Assembly: GCA_002862545.1 (NCBI GenBank) | Contig: PKDJ01000181.1 | Coordinates: forward strand, 115-64,114 | Direction of reading: 5' to 3' | Length of the DNA: 64,000 nt | From: Pseudomonadota bacterium | GTDB taxonomy: Bacteria > Myxococcota_A > UBA796 > GCA-2862545 | Shown here: piece by piece, positions 9,749-17,953 of the stretch | Layout of the letters: each line of letters starts with the position of its first letter | Numbering within the stretch: the first letter of the stretch is position 1 | Program-made: the position numbers and the translations under genes | Notes under the pieces: generated by a model | What the model was told of the DNA's origin: nothing | What the model saw: the letters and a program-made list of their open reading frames with translations, nothing else | The model's database searches: none

Positions 9749-9850
9749 CAGGTCTCCATCGGCTGGTCGGCTGTGATGGCCGATGGTCTTTGGTGTCGGG
9801 AGTCGTGAGTGCGTCACAGGCGCTCGTGAATTTTGGGGTGGGTGGTGGGT

Positions 9851-10001
9851 GGTGCCAGGTACCTGGTGTCGTGAGTGGATGATGGGTGCCAGGTACCTGG
9901 GCCTGGAGGGGAGGTTCCTGGTGCGGAGGTGGCGGAGGTGGTGCCACGGAGGTGGTGCCAGGCTCCCAGGTGCGGGGGGAGGGGCGGTGCCAGGTACCTG
10001 G
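9851..10001. repeat. REP cluster: three exact copies of GGTGCCAGGTACCTGG plus degenerate copies
   Basis: Exact 16-mers at 9851-9866, 9885-9900 and 9986-10001, each containing the perfect 12-bp palindrome CCAGGTACCTGG. Degenerate copies are GGTGCCAGGCTCCCAGG at 9954-9970 and GGTGCCACGG at 9940-9949. The cluster lies immediately upstream of the RAYT gene. Confidence 0.65.
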
Positions 10002-10160
10002 GACCTGGGATGCAGAGGGTCTGTGGTTCGTGCTCCTCAACGGAGCCTGAAGTGCACCGCAAGACCTGCCCGGAAGCGACGCCGCCTAGGTCGAAAAAGA
10101 CCCTGCGCACTCACGGACGAGCCAGCTACGGCTGCGGCGAGGAGAACCGAAGTGGGCCGT

Positions 10161-10778
10161 ATGCACCGTTTGGCAGCCGCCGGTGATGAACACCACGTGT
10201 ACAACCGCACTGCAAATCGGATGTCCATCTTCCACCATCCTGCAGTGCGCAGCGTGTTCTTTCGACTCGTCCAGAGGCTTCGGGATCGCTTCGGGATGGT
10301 GGTTCGCGCAGTGACGCTCATGCCCACGCATTTTCACATGCTGATCGCCGACCCCAACGGCGTGCTTCCAGCTGCGATGCAGCTGTTTGGCACCAACCTG
10401 ACCCGTGCCGTGAATCGCCTTCTCATGCGGGAGGGGCGCTTGTTCATCGGCCGCTATCGCAACCGCGTTATCCGGGAGCGCCGCTATCTGGCGGTCGCCT
10501 ATGCCTATCTGGCGGCCAATCCGGTGCGGGCGGGTCTGGTCGACCACCCAGAGCGTCCGTGGCCGTCGACCCATCGTGCCTTGGCCGGACTGGAGCGAGG
10601 ACCCAAGTGGCTGGACACGAAGGCGCGAGACCAGGTCTTCGGGGCGGTCGACATCTACCGCGCGTTCGTGCTCGACCTGGGCGGCCGAGACGCGCTTGGC
10701 GATGCTGACTTCGCGGGAGGCTGTACCGGATGGTTGCCTCGGCCTCGGCCTCGCCGAGCCCCTCCTCCGCAGCCCTGA
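10161..10778 (+). CDS. REP-associated tyrosine transposase (RAYT; IS200/IS605 Y1 HUH family)
   Basis: 205 aa from the ATG at 10161. HUH motif in LMPTHFHMLI and catalytic-Tyr region YAYLAANPVRAGLV, both typical of RAYT/TnpA-REP. The longer track ORF (from 9783) runs through the REP repeats and was not accepted. Confidence 0.8.
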   Translation: MHRLAAAGDEHHVYNRTANRMSIFHHPAVRSVFFRLVQRLRDRFGMVVRAVTLMPTHFHMLIADPNGVLPAAMQLFGTNLTRAVNRLLMREGRLFIGRYRNRVIRERRYLAVAYAYLAANPVRAGLVDHPERPWPSTHRALAGLERGPKWLDTKARDQVFGAVDIYRAFVLDLGGRDALGDADFAGGCTGWLPRPRPRRAPPPQP

Positions 10779-10785
10779 GTGCCAG

Positions 10786-10805
10786 CGGCTGCGCGCCGGC
10801 AGCCG
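10786..10805. terminator. Possible bidirectional hairpin between convergent genes
   Basis: CGGCTGC (10786-10792) pairs with GCAGCCG (10799-10805) around a 6-nt loop. It lies in the 30-bp gap between the RAYT stop and the MscS-family stop. There is no T-tract. Confidence 0.25.
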
Positions 10806-10808
10806 TCA

Positions 10809-12644
10809 TCAGGCCTTCGACAGATGCACGACCGTCTGCGGGAAGGGGATCTCGATGTCGGCGGCCTCGAGGGCGAGCTTTAGTCGTCGGTTGAGCTCGC
10901 GCTGCACGCCCCACTGCTGGCCGGGAAGCACCTTGACCTGGGTACGAACCATCACGGCTGAGTCACCGAGCTCCGTCACACCGACCCACTGGGGCTTCTC
11001 CGCGAGGTGGGGGCGCCAGGCCTCGTCCTCGTAGAGTGCGTCCGCGACCTCCTCGACCACCCTCTGGACCACATCGAGGTCGGACCCGTAGCCGACGCCG
11101 ACGTTGCAGATGGCCCGCGACCAGCTCCTGGTCATGTTGGACACCAGGCTGATGGAGCCATTGGGAATGACGTGCAGGTCACCGGTGCCAGAGCGGATCC
11201 ACGTCGAGCGGATGGTGATGCGCTCGATGCCGCCGGTCTTCCCGTTGATCGAGACGACGTCCCCGACAGCGTACTGGTTCTCCAGGAGGATGAAGAAGCC
11301 GTTCACCACGTCCCGCACGAGGTTCTGGGAGCCAAACGACACAGCCAGACCGAGGATGGCCACACTGCCGAGGAGCGGGCCGGTGTTGATGCCGACTTGC
11401 TCCAATGCAAGGAGCCCGGCGATCACGTAGATGGCGATGTGGGCGACGCTGCTGAAGACATCGGCCAGTGTCTCCCGCCTCTGGTCACCATCATCATTCA
11501 CGTCGGGGTCGTCATCAGCGCGCTCGAGCACGACCCGCACGCCGTAGCGGACGCCGCGCAGGGAGATCCGAACGCCAATCACGATGAGCGCGAGCCCGAT
11601 GAGGATGCGCCAGGCACTCTGGCGAAGCCACTGCACGACGGTGTCGCGGGTCGCCGCAGCCCATGTGCCGATGCTGCCCGCCTTGTCGAGTCGCGTGCGC
11701 AGGTCCTCGAGCCGAGAATCGCGAAACTTTAGCTGCGAGCGCGCTAGTCCAAGCTCGACCTCGCTGCCTCGTTGCCTCGCTGCTCCGTAGTCGTAGTCGG
11801 ACTGGAGCTTCTCGATCTTCGAGGCGGTGGCCTCGGCGATCTCGGACCAGAGCGCCCCCCAGTCACCGTCGATTCCTGCGCCCGAGGCCGCGATGGAGAC
11901 CTCGCGTCGAGCCAGCGCGACGTCCCGCTGAAGGGCCTCCGCCAGGATGCTCTCGCTGGCGAGCTGTCGCTCGATGAAGGCGATCTCGGCCGTCACGGTG
12001 CTGCGGCGTACCTCTTGGGCCGCGATGCGACGCTCGAGATCCTCGACCTCGATGCGGCGAAGCTCGTAAGGGTTCGGGTCGGAGGGGGCGGGCACGACGG
12101 GCTCGGGCTCCACCTTGCTCTCGAGGCTTGCCTCGAGACGCTCCTCGACCGCATCGCGCTCGGACTGAATGGCCTCGAAGTAGCGGTCTTGATTCTCGAC
12201 CTTGTCGCCTGCGAGAGCCACCCAGTCTTCGAGCACCTTCGCCTGCGCGTCGGCGGCACCAGCGTCGCGGAGTGCTGTGGCAAGGGCGCCTGCCGTGCGC
12301 CCTTGTTCTTCCCAGTAGGTTCGCCACTCGCGGTTGCTGAAGGTCTTCTCGCCGAGAAGAGTCAGTCGATCATGAAGGGCGGCGTCGGGCTCGCTGCTGT
12401 CCGAGCGGGCGTCTGAGAGGCTCAGGAGTCGCGGCTTCGCCCGCCACGCGTCGAGCCAGGTCGCGGTCGCCGTGCGGACGCTCTCCGGCAGGGGAGCGGG
12501 CTCGGGGGGCACGACCTCGGAGAGGTCCGCGTCGCCGGTAGACAGCTCCGTGGCCGGTTCAGGAGATGGAGCCTCGTCCTGTGCGAGGGCGAGTGGCGTG
12601 CCCCACAAGCCGACGAGGAGAAGACCGAGTGCGCTTAGAGCCAT
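10809..12644 (-). CDS. Mechanosensitive ion channel family protein (MscS/MscK-like with long periplasmic coiled-coil N-domain)
   Basis: Likely start at ATG 12644 (signal MALSALGLLLVGLWGTPLALA). The C-terminal half has the MscS signature GSQNLVRDVVNGFFILLENQYAVGDVVSINGKTGGIERITIRSTWIR..GDLHVIPNG. Confidence 0.9.
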   Translation of the reverse strand: MALSALGLLLVGLWGTPLALAQDEAPSPEPATELSTGDADLSEVVPPEPAPLPESVRTATATWLDAWRAKPRLLSLSDARSDSSEPDAALHDRLTLLGEKTFSNREWRTYWEEQGRTAGALATALRDAGAADAQAKVLEDWVALAGDKVENQDRYFEAIQSERDAVEERLEASLESKVEPEPVVPAPSDPNPYELRRIEVEDLERRIAAQEVRRSTVTAEIAFIERQLASESILAEALQRDVALARREVSIAASGAGIDGDWGALWSEIAEATASKIEKLQSDYDYGAARQRGSEVELGLARSQLKFRDSRLEDLRTRLDKAGSIGTWAAATRDTVVQWLRQSAWRILIGLALIVIGVRISLRGVRYGVRVVLERADDDPDVNDDGDQRRETLADVFSSVAHIAIYVIAGLLALEQVGINTGPLLGSVAILGLAVSFGSQNLVRDVVNGFFILLENQYAVGDVVSINGKTGGIERITIRSTWIRSGTGDLHVIPNGSISLVSNMTRSWSRAICNVGVGYGSDLDVVQRVVEEVADALYEDEAWRPHLAEKPQWVGVTELGDSAVMVRTQVKVLPGQQWGVQRELNRRLKLALEAADIEIPFPQTVVHLSKA

Positions 12645-12885
12645 GTGTGCCCCTTCGGTGGCGAGGGGCGCCCTTAGCCCGAACATTCAACGGCTGGCGA
12701 GTCTCGAATGGGACTGGCGCGCTCCCCTACCAATGTCCTCCAGTGGTCCAAGCTTTACCCACGGCGTCCCAGCCCCCGGCACCGCAGGGCATCCCCCTCG
12801 GCCGTCGTGCAGCGCGAGGGGTGGGGCGTCGACCGAAGCCGCAGGGTGAAGACGCCGCCATGTCACGCAGTCAGCGCCCGTTCTT

Positions 12886-12990
12886 GGTCGATGGATACCG
12901 ATAAAAATGATCCATAAAAGGCGGCTAATGAAAATATAGTTCATGCATGATCGATGACATCTGTTGACGATCTGGATGGGGCTGATTCGC
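12886..12990. promoter_or_regulatory. AT-rich island with palindromes upstream of the A2M operon
   Basis: GATAAAAATGATCCATAAAAGGCGGCTAATGAAAATATAGTTCATGCATGATCGATGACATCTGTTGACG is strikingly AT-rich for this DNA. It holds the perfect palindrome TCATGCATGA (12941-12950), the inverted repeat ATGGAT (12891-12896)/ATCCAT (12910-12915), and a TTGACG -35-like hexamer at 12964-12969. A GGAGCGGAGG RBS precedes ATG 13016. Confidence 0.3.
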
Positions 12991-13015
12991 GCTTGTTCTG
13001 GAGCGGAGGCCCCCG

Positions 13016-16000
13016 ATGATCGTCCTGACCTTGTTGCTCCTTCTCCTCTTTGTCTCAGCCTGCTCCGTGCAGCAGGCCGAGCCGATGACTCCAACGCCCC
13101 AGATGCTCCTCCAGTGCACGGACGAGCCGGATCGTGGCTGCGTCCGGCTCCGGTTCACGTCGCCGCCCGATCTGGCGAGCCTGGACGAGGCGCTCGACGT
13201 GACCCGAGACGAGGTCGCCGTCCCTGTGTCCCTTGAGGTCGTCGCCGACGAGCCACGCGACGTGAAGATCTTCGGCTTCGATCAGGGGCTCGGGGATGTG
13301 TACCAGACGACGATCAGCGTCGAGGTCCGGTGGCAGGCCGGCTCTGCAGATGGAGAGCCGTCCGACGAGCGAGTCCGCTCGAAGACGTTGTCTGTTTGGT
13401 TGGCCTCGGGGAATTCCGCACGAATGACAGGGCTGGAGGTCATCGAAGGGGCCGACGGCCCCTTCCTCGTGCTCCGCTGCGACGACAGGCACGACACGGA
13501 CACGTGCACCCCCGAGGCAGAGGACCTCGCGGCAGTCCTGCGTCTTGACCCTCCTGTTTCCGTGGAGGTGGTCCCCGATCCGGAGGGGCTGATTCTCTAC
13601 GGGGACTTCCCGCCCGGTGTCCTCCGCGTGTCGATCGAACCTGGCACCACAACCCAGACGGGGGCCACCTTCATCGAGCAGGGACCTCTCTCGGTCACGG
13701 TGCCCACGCGCCGCCCGAGGGTGGAGCTGGTCAGCAAGGGGCGCTTCCTCCAGCCCGATGCGCTCGACCGTCTCTTCGTGCGACACCACGGTGTGCCGGC
13801 CATCGAGCTCGAGGTGCGCCATGTTCCTCGGCGGAACCTTCCTGTCTGGCTCTACGGATACCGGTCCAGCAGCTCCGATGTCGTGCTCGCCGAGACCCTG
13901 ACCGTCGAGCCGACGGAGCACACCAGCCTGCTGGGCCTGGAGCTGGCCGACCGCCTGCCTGACCTCGACGGGGGAATCCTCGAGATTCGCGTGTCCGCAC
14001 CGCAGGAGGAGGGCAAGAAGAGCTGGGAGTGGCGACCGAGCGACGTGTCCAAGGTGGTCCTCACGGATCTACAGCTCGTCGTGAAGCGCGAGCGGCCAGC
14101 CGAAGGGGAGGAGCACTTCCGAGTCTGGGGCATGGACGCAGCCGGCGGCCCTCCAGTCAGCGGTCTCGAGGTCGCGGTGATTCGTGAGAGCGGCACCCCC
14201 ATCGGAACCTGCCGTACGCGCGGTGTCGATGGCTGCAGAATCCGAATCCCCGCGGACCGGATCGATCAAGCTCCACCCTTCGCGGTCGTGGCGCGGCGCG
14301 GCGATGAGGTCACGCTCGTGGAGGTCGGCACCCTCGAGCTGGCACATCCAGCGGAGGCGGGTCGGCAGGGCTACGGCACAGCGGAGACGCTCCGAGCCGC
14401 CACGTGGCTCGACCGGGGCATCTACCGACCTGGAGACACGGTGCACCTCGCCGCGGTGCTGCGCGACGGGACGAACCTGGCACCCCCAGACGGCCTGCCC
14501 GTGACCCTCGATGTGGTCGACGCTCGCGGCAATCCAGCGCAGTCCGTTCCGACGTCGACCAACCCGGCGGGCTTGCTGACTGTGGACGTGCCGCTCTCCG
14601 ACTCTGCGGCCACAGGCCGGTGGACAGCCACGCTGAGGCATGGCGACGATCAGGACCTCGCGACGGTTCGCTTCCGCGTGGGCGAGATCGCACCAGAGCG
14701 CCTGGAGGTCACGCTCACGCCGGAGAACCCGGTCCAGGTTGCGGCCGACCAAGCGGTCTTCGACCTGGAGGCGCGGTGGCTCTTCGACGCTCCGGTCGCA
14801 GAGGGGACGGCCGACGTCAGCTGCACGGTCCGGGCGACTCGGCCGACTCGGAAGGGGCAGTCTCACCTGACCTTCGGCATCGAAGAGGGTGGGGACTACC
14901 GAGAGATCCCCGCACAGCTCGTGCGGCTGGACGCGCAGGGGCGCGCACGGGTCCACTGTCCGCTGTCGGATGTGGGGCCGCTCGATCGAACCGTTCGGGT
15001 CGTGGCCGAGGTGGCGGTCCACGAGGGGGCGGGCGGACGCGTCACGCGTGCCCATGCTGTGACCGTGGTGGAGCCGAGTCCGTTCGCCATCGGCGTCCGC
15101 GTCACGGGTGATGGGCTGGGGGCAGGACAGCCCGTCGAGGTCGAGGGCTGGATCCTGGACACCGAGGGCTCACCTGTCTCGACGGACGACGTGACTGTCT
15201 CTCTGCAGCGCCGGGTGCGGGTCGATGGGCGCGCGCACGTCCGCGTCGAGACCACCCACCACGTCGATGCGCGGGACGGGTTCTTCAGCCTCGAGCTTCG
15301 TCCACAGCTGGACAGTCTCTACGAGGTGGTCGTGTCCTACGGTGAGGCGACCACCATCGCGGACCTGGACGGGAGGGGCTCCAGTGGGCCTTCACGGCCC
15401 GGTCACCTCGTGGTCTCGGCGCCACGCAGCGCGGACCCAGGCGACGAGGTGGAGGTGGAGGTGCGGGTCGCCGAACCAGGCTGGCTGCTGACGAGTGCGG
15501 AGACGGATCGGGTGCTCGATTCTCACTGGCAGCGGGTCGTACCTGGCACCGCCAAGTGGTCTTTCCTCGCCGACACTTCGTCTCCGAACCTCTACGTCTC
15601 CGCACTGCTCGTGCGCGACCCAAAGCGCGGCACCGGGACGTCTCCCGGACGGAGTCACGGAGAGGCGCTGGTGCGGCTGCGGCCGGTGGCGCACCAGGGC
15701 GCGCTGGCCCTCGAGCTGCCCGCCGAGGTCCTGCCGGAGCAGAGCCTGGACATCGGCCTGGACCTCGACCTCGGCGAGGGCCCCGCGTGGGTGACTGTCG
15801 CAGCGGTTGACGAGGGACTCCTGTCCCTGACCAACCACCCCAGCCCCGATCCCCTCGCCGCCCTCTTCCAGCCGAGACGGCCTGGCGTCGAGACCTCCGA
15901 GACGGTGGGCTGGACCGTCGCGATTCCATCGGCGGACTTCGGAGCACCCGGGGGCGGCATGGGAGGGCGTCGGCGCCTGCAGGCCATCCAGCCTGTGGCG

Positions 16001-17953
16001 CTGTGGTCGGGACCGGTCGCGGTCGGCGCGGACGGGCGCGCGCAGGTGTCGCTGGCGGTACCGGACACCGCGGGCGCGCTGCGCGTCATGGCGGTCGGGG
16101 TCAGCGCCTCGAAGATCGCCACAGGGAGCCGTCGGGTGCGGGTGCGAACGCCCCTCCTCGTGCAGGCGACCACCCCCCGCGTGCTCGTCGAGGGAGACAC
16201 CGTCCGGATCCCTGTGGAGGTCCACAACCTCACGGGCGCGCCGACGCGTGTCGCGCTCGAGGCCTGGCTCGAGCCTGTCGAGGGGGCGAGCGGTGCCCTG
16301 CCGGCGGAGATCCTGCGGCGCGATGCCTCGCCGGTCCGGCTGGAGCCAGGGGACCGTCACGTCTTTCGTGTCGGTCTGGCCGCGACGGGTCGAACGGGAG
16401 GCGTCCGCCTGGCCATTCGGGCACAGGGGAGCGTCCACGGCACGACCCGTCGCTTCGCCCTGCCGCTGAGGCCGGCCTTCGAGCGACAGCGAGAGACGCA
16501 GCTCGTTCCGCTGCACCAAGGGCAGGCCCGACTCGACGACCTCCTCGCCGGCTGGGTCGAAGCGGATGCGCGCATCGAACTCACCGATGCGCCGTTTGCC
16601 GATGTGCTCGAGCGCCGCGACCAGCTGCTCGGCTACCCCCACGGCTGCGCGGAGCAGACCAGCTCGCGCCTCCGTGCCCTGATGGCCCTGGAGCCGCTGC
16701 AGCTCCTCACGGATCTCGAGATGGAGTCCCGGGTGCAGCATGGGATCCAGCGGCTTCAGAGCATGCAGCGAGGCGGAGGATTCGCCTACTGGCCTGGGAG
16801 TGACTGGGTTCGCCCCTGGCCCTCCCTGGTCGCGATCCACACCTTGCTGGATGCACGCGAGGCGGGATGGTCGGTCGCCTCGGGGACCATCGAGCGAGCG
16901 CTCGACTATGCGGCGGGCCTCGACGACCATCCCGACGCGACGATTCGGGCCTACGCTCATCTGATCCGTGCCCGCGGGGGACGTGGTGACGCTGCGGCGG
17001 CCGAGACCCTGGCGGAGTCTGGTGAGATTACGAAGCTGGCGAAGGTTCTCGCCCGCGCCGCGGTCGCGCTGGAGCGAGGTGTCCGACCCGGGGACGAGCT
17101 TGTCGGGGCGGACCTCGTCGGTGAGCTCGGGAAGGGGGGCACCGCCTTCTACGGCACCGGCACGCGCGACCAGGCCATGGCCTTCGTCGTCCTGCGTCGA
17201 GCCTTTGGCGAGCGGCTCGCGCTGGAGCCACTCCGTGAAGCCGCCCTTCGGAGCCTGCGGGAGGCACGCTACCCCTCCACGCAGACGCTGGCGTGGTGTC
17301 TCGAGGCCGCCGTCGAGGGTCTCTCGGATTCAGAGGAGGATTCGGTGGGCGCGCTGCGGCGCGGAGGCGAGGTCGTCGATGCCCGCCATGATGGTACCTG
17401 GCACCTTACCAGCCTCCACCCGGGGGACCGCCTCCACGTCGAGAGTGACCCGTCGAGACCGCTGTGGGCGAGCGTCACCCTTTCAGGGGAGCGCATCGGC
17501 GCACGAGAGTCGCACGACGGCGGCATTCGGGTCACCCGCGAGGTGCGGACGCTCGATGGCGAGCCGGCTGTGCTCGATGACGTGAGGGTCGGGGACGCGC
17601 TGATGGTCCTGGTGAACCTGGAGAGCACGGGCACAGTCCCCGATGTCGCGCTGGTGGATCGGATCCCCGCAGGCTGGGAGCTCGAGAACGTCGCACAGGA
17701 ACCCACCGCACTGCCCAGCTGGCTCGACGAGAAGACGGAGCTCTGGAGGACGGACCACGTCGATCGGCGCGACGACCGGGTGGCTGCATTTGGGACGCTG
17801 CACAGCGGCATCCAGACCCTGGCCTACACCGTCCGGGTCGTCAGCCCGGGCACCTTCACGCATCCGGCCGCGGTCGCAGCGTCCATGTACAAGGGCGAGA
17901 TTCGAGGGTGGAGCCAGACCGGTCAGATCACGACTCGGGAGCGCAGCCGATGA
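13016..17953 (+). CDS. Bacterial alpha-2-macroglobulin family lipoprotein (thioester type)
   Basis: 1645 aa. Lipoprotein signal MIVLTLLLLLLFVSAC. Thioester-type motif in YPHGCAEQTSS (CxEQ). The size and the downstream pbpC match the known A2M-PBP1C gene pair (E. coli yfhM-pbpC). Confidence 0.9.
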   Translation: MIVLTLLLLLLFVSACSVQQAEPMTPTPQMLLQCTDEPDRGCVRLRFTSPPDLASLDEALDVTRDEVAVPVSLEVVADEPRDVKIFGFDQGLGDVYQTTISVEVRWQAGSADGEPSDERVRSKTLSVWLASGNSARMTGLEVIEGADGPFLVLRCDDRHDTDTCTPEAEDLAAVLRLDPPVSVEVVPDPEGLILYGDFPPGVLRVSIEPGTTTQTGATFIEQGPLSVTVPTRRPRVELVSKGRFLQPDALDRLFVRHHGVPAIELEVRHVPRRNLPVWLYGYRSSSSDVVLAETLTVEPTEHTSLLGLELADRLPDLDGGILEIRVSAPQEEGKKSWEWRPSDVSKVVLTDLQLVVKRERPAEGEEHFRVWGMDAAGGPPVSGLEVAVIRESGTPIGTCRTRGVDGCRIRIPADRIDQAPPFAVVARRGDEVTLVEVGTLELAHPAEAGRQGYGTAETLRAATWLDRGIYRPGDTVHLAAVLRDGTNLAPPDGLPVTLDVVDARGNPAQSVPTSTNPAGLLTVDVPLSDSAATGRWTATLRHGDDQDLATVRFRVGEIAPERLEVTLTPENPVQVAADQAVFDLEARWLFDAPVAEGTADVSCTVRATRPTRKGQSHLTFGIEEGGDYREIPAQLVRLDAQGRARVHCPLSDVGPLDRTVRVVAEVAVHEGAGGRVTRAHAVTVVEPSPFAIGVRVTGDGLGAGQPVEVEGWILDTEGSPVSTDDVTVSLQRRVRVDGRAHVRVETTHHVDARDGFFSLELRPQLDSLYEVVVSYGEATTIADLDGRGSSGPSRPGHLVVSAPRSADPGDEVEVEVRVAEPGWLLTSAETDRVLDSHWQRVVPGTAKWSFLADTSSPNLYVSALLVRDPKRGTGTSPGRSHGEALVRLRPVAHQGALALELPAEVLPEQSLDIGLDLDLGEGPAWVTVAAVDEGLLSLTNHPSPDPLAALFQPRRPGVETSETVGWTVAIPSADFGAPGGGMGGRRRLQAIQPVALWSGPVAVGADGRAQVSLAVPDTAGALRVMAVGVSASKIATGSRRVRVRTPLLVQATTPRVLVEGDTVRIPVEVHNLTGAPTRVALEAWLEPVEGASGALPAEILRRDASPVRLEPGDRHVFRVGLAATGRTGGVRLAIRAQGSVHGTTRRFALPLRPAFERQRETQLVPLHQGQARLDDLLAGWVEADARIELTDAPFADVLERRDQLLGYPHGCAEQTSSRLRALMALEPLQLLTDLEMESRVQHGIQRLQSMQRGGGFAYWPGSDWVRPWPSLVAIHTLLDAREAGWSVASGTIERALDYAAGLDDHPDATIRAYAHLIRARGGRGDAAAAETLAESGEITKLAKVLARAAVALERGVRPGDELVGADLVGELGKGGTAFYGTGTRDQAMAFVVLRRAFGERLALEPLREAALRSLREARYPSTQTLAWCLEAAVEGLSDSEEDSVGALRRGGEVVDARHDGTWHLTSLHPGDRLHVESDPSRPLWASVTLSGERIGARESHDGGIRVTREVRTLDGEPAVLDDVRVGDALMVLVNLESTGTVPDVALVDRIPAGWELENVAQEPTALPSWLDEKTELWRTDHVDRRDDRVAAFGTLHSGIQTLAYTVRVVSPGTFTHPAAVAASMYKGEIRGWSQTGQITTRERSR

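Noticed and set aside
9851-10001. Possible CRISPR array
   Set aside because: The repeats are only 16 bp and perfectly palindromic, with irregular spacers (18 to ~85 bp) that include degenerate copies. There are no cas genes. The adjacent RAYT explains them as REP elements.
9783-10160. N-terminal extension of the RAYT ORF; similar 5' extensions at 22469-22687, 48208-48399, 53395-53580, 53336-53491, 8994-9089 and 30097-30174
   Set aside because: The extensions run through REP repeats or intergenic DNA and are Arg/Gly/Trp-rich. In each case an internal ATG or GTG gives a canonical N-terminus: a signal peptide, a lipobox or the conserved family start.
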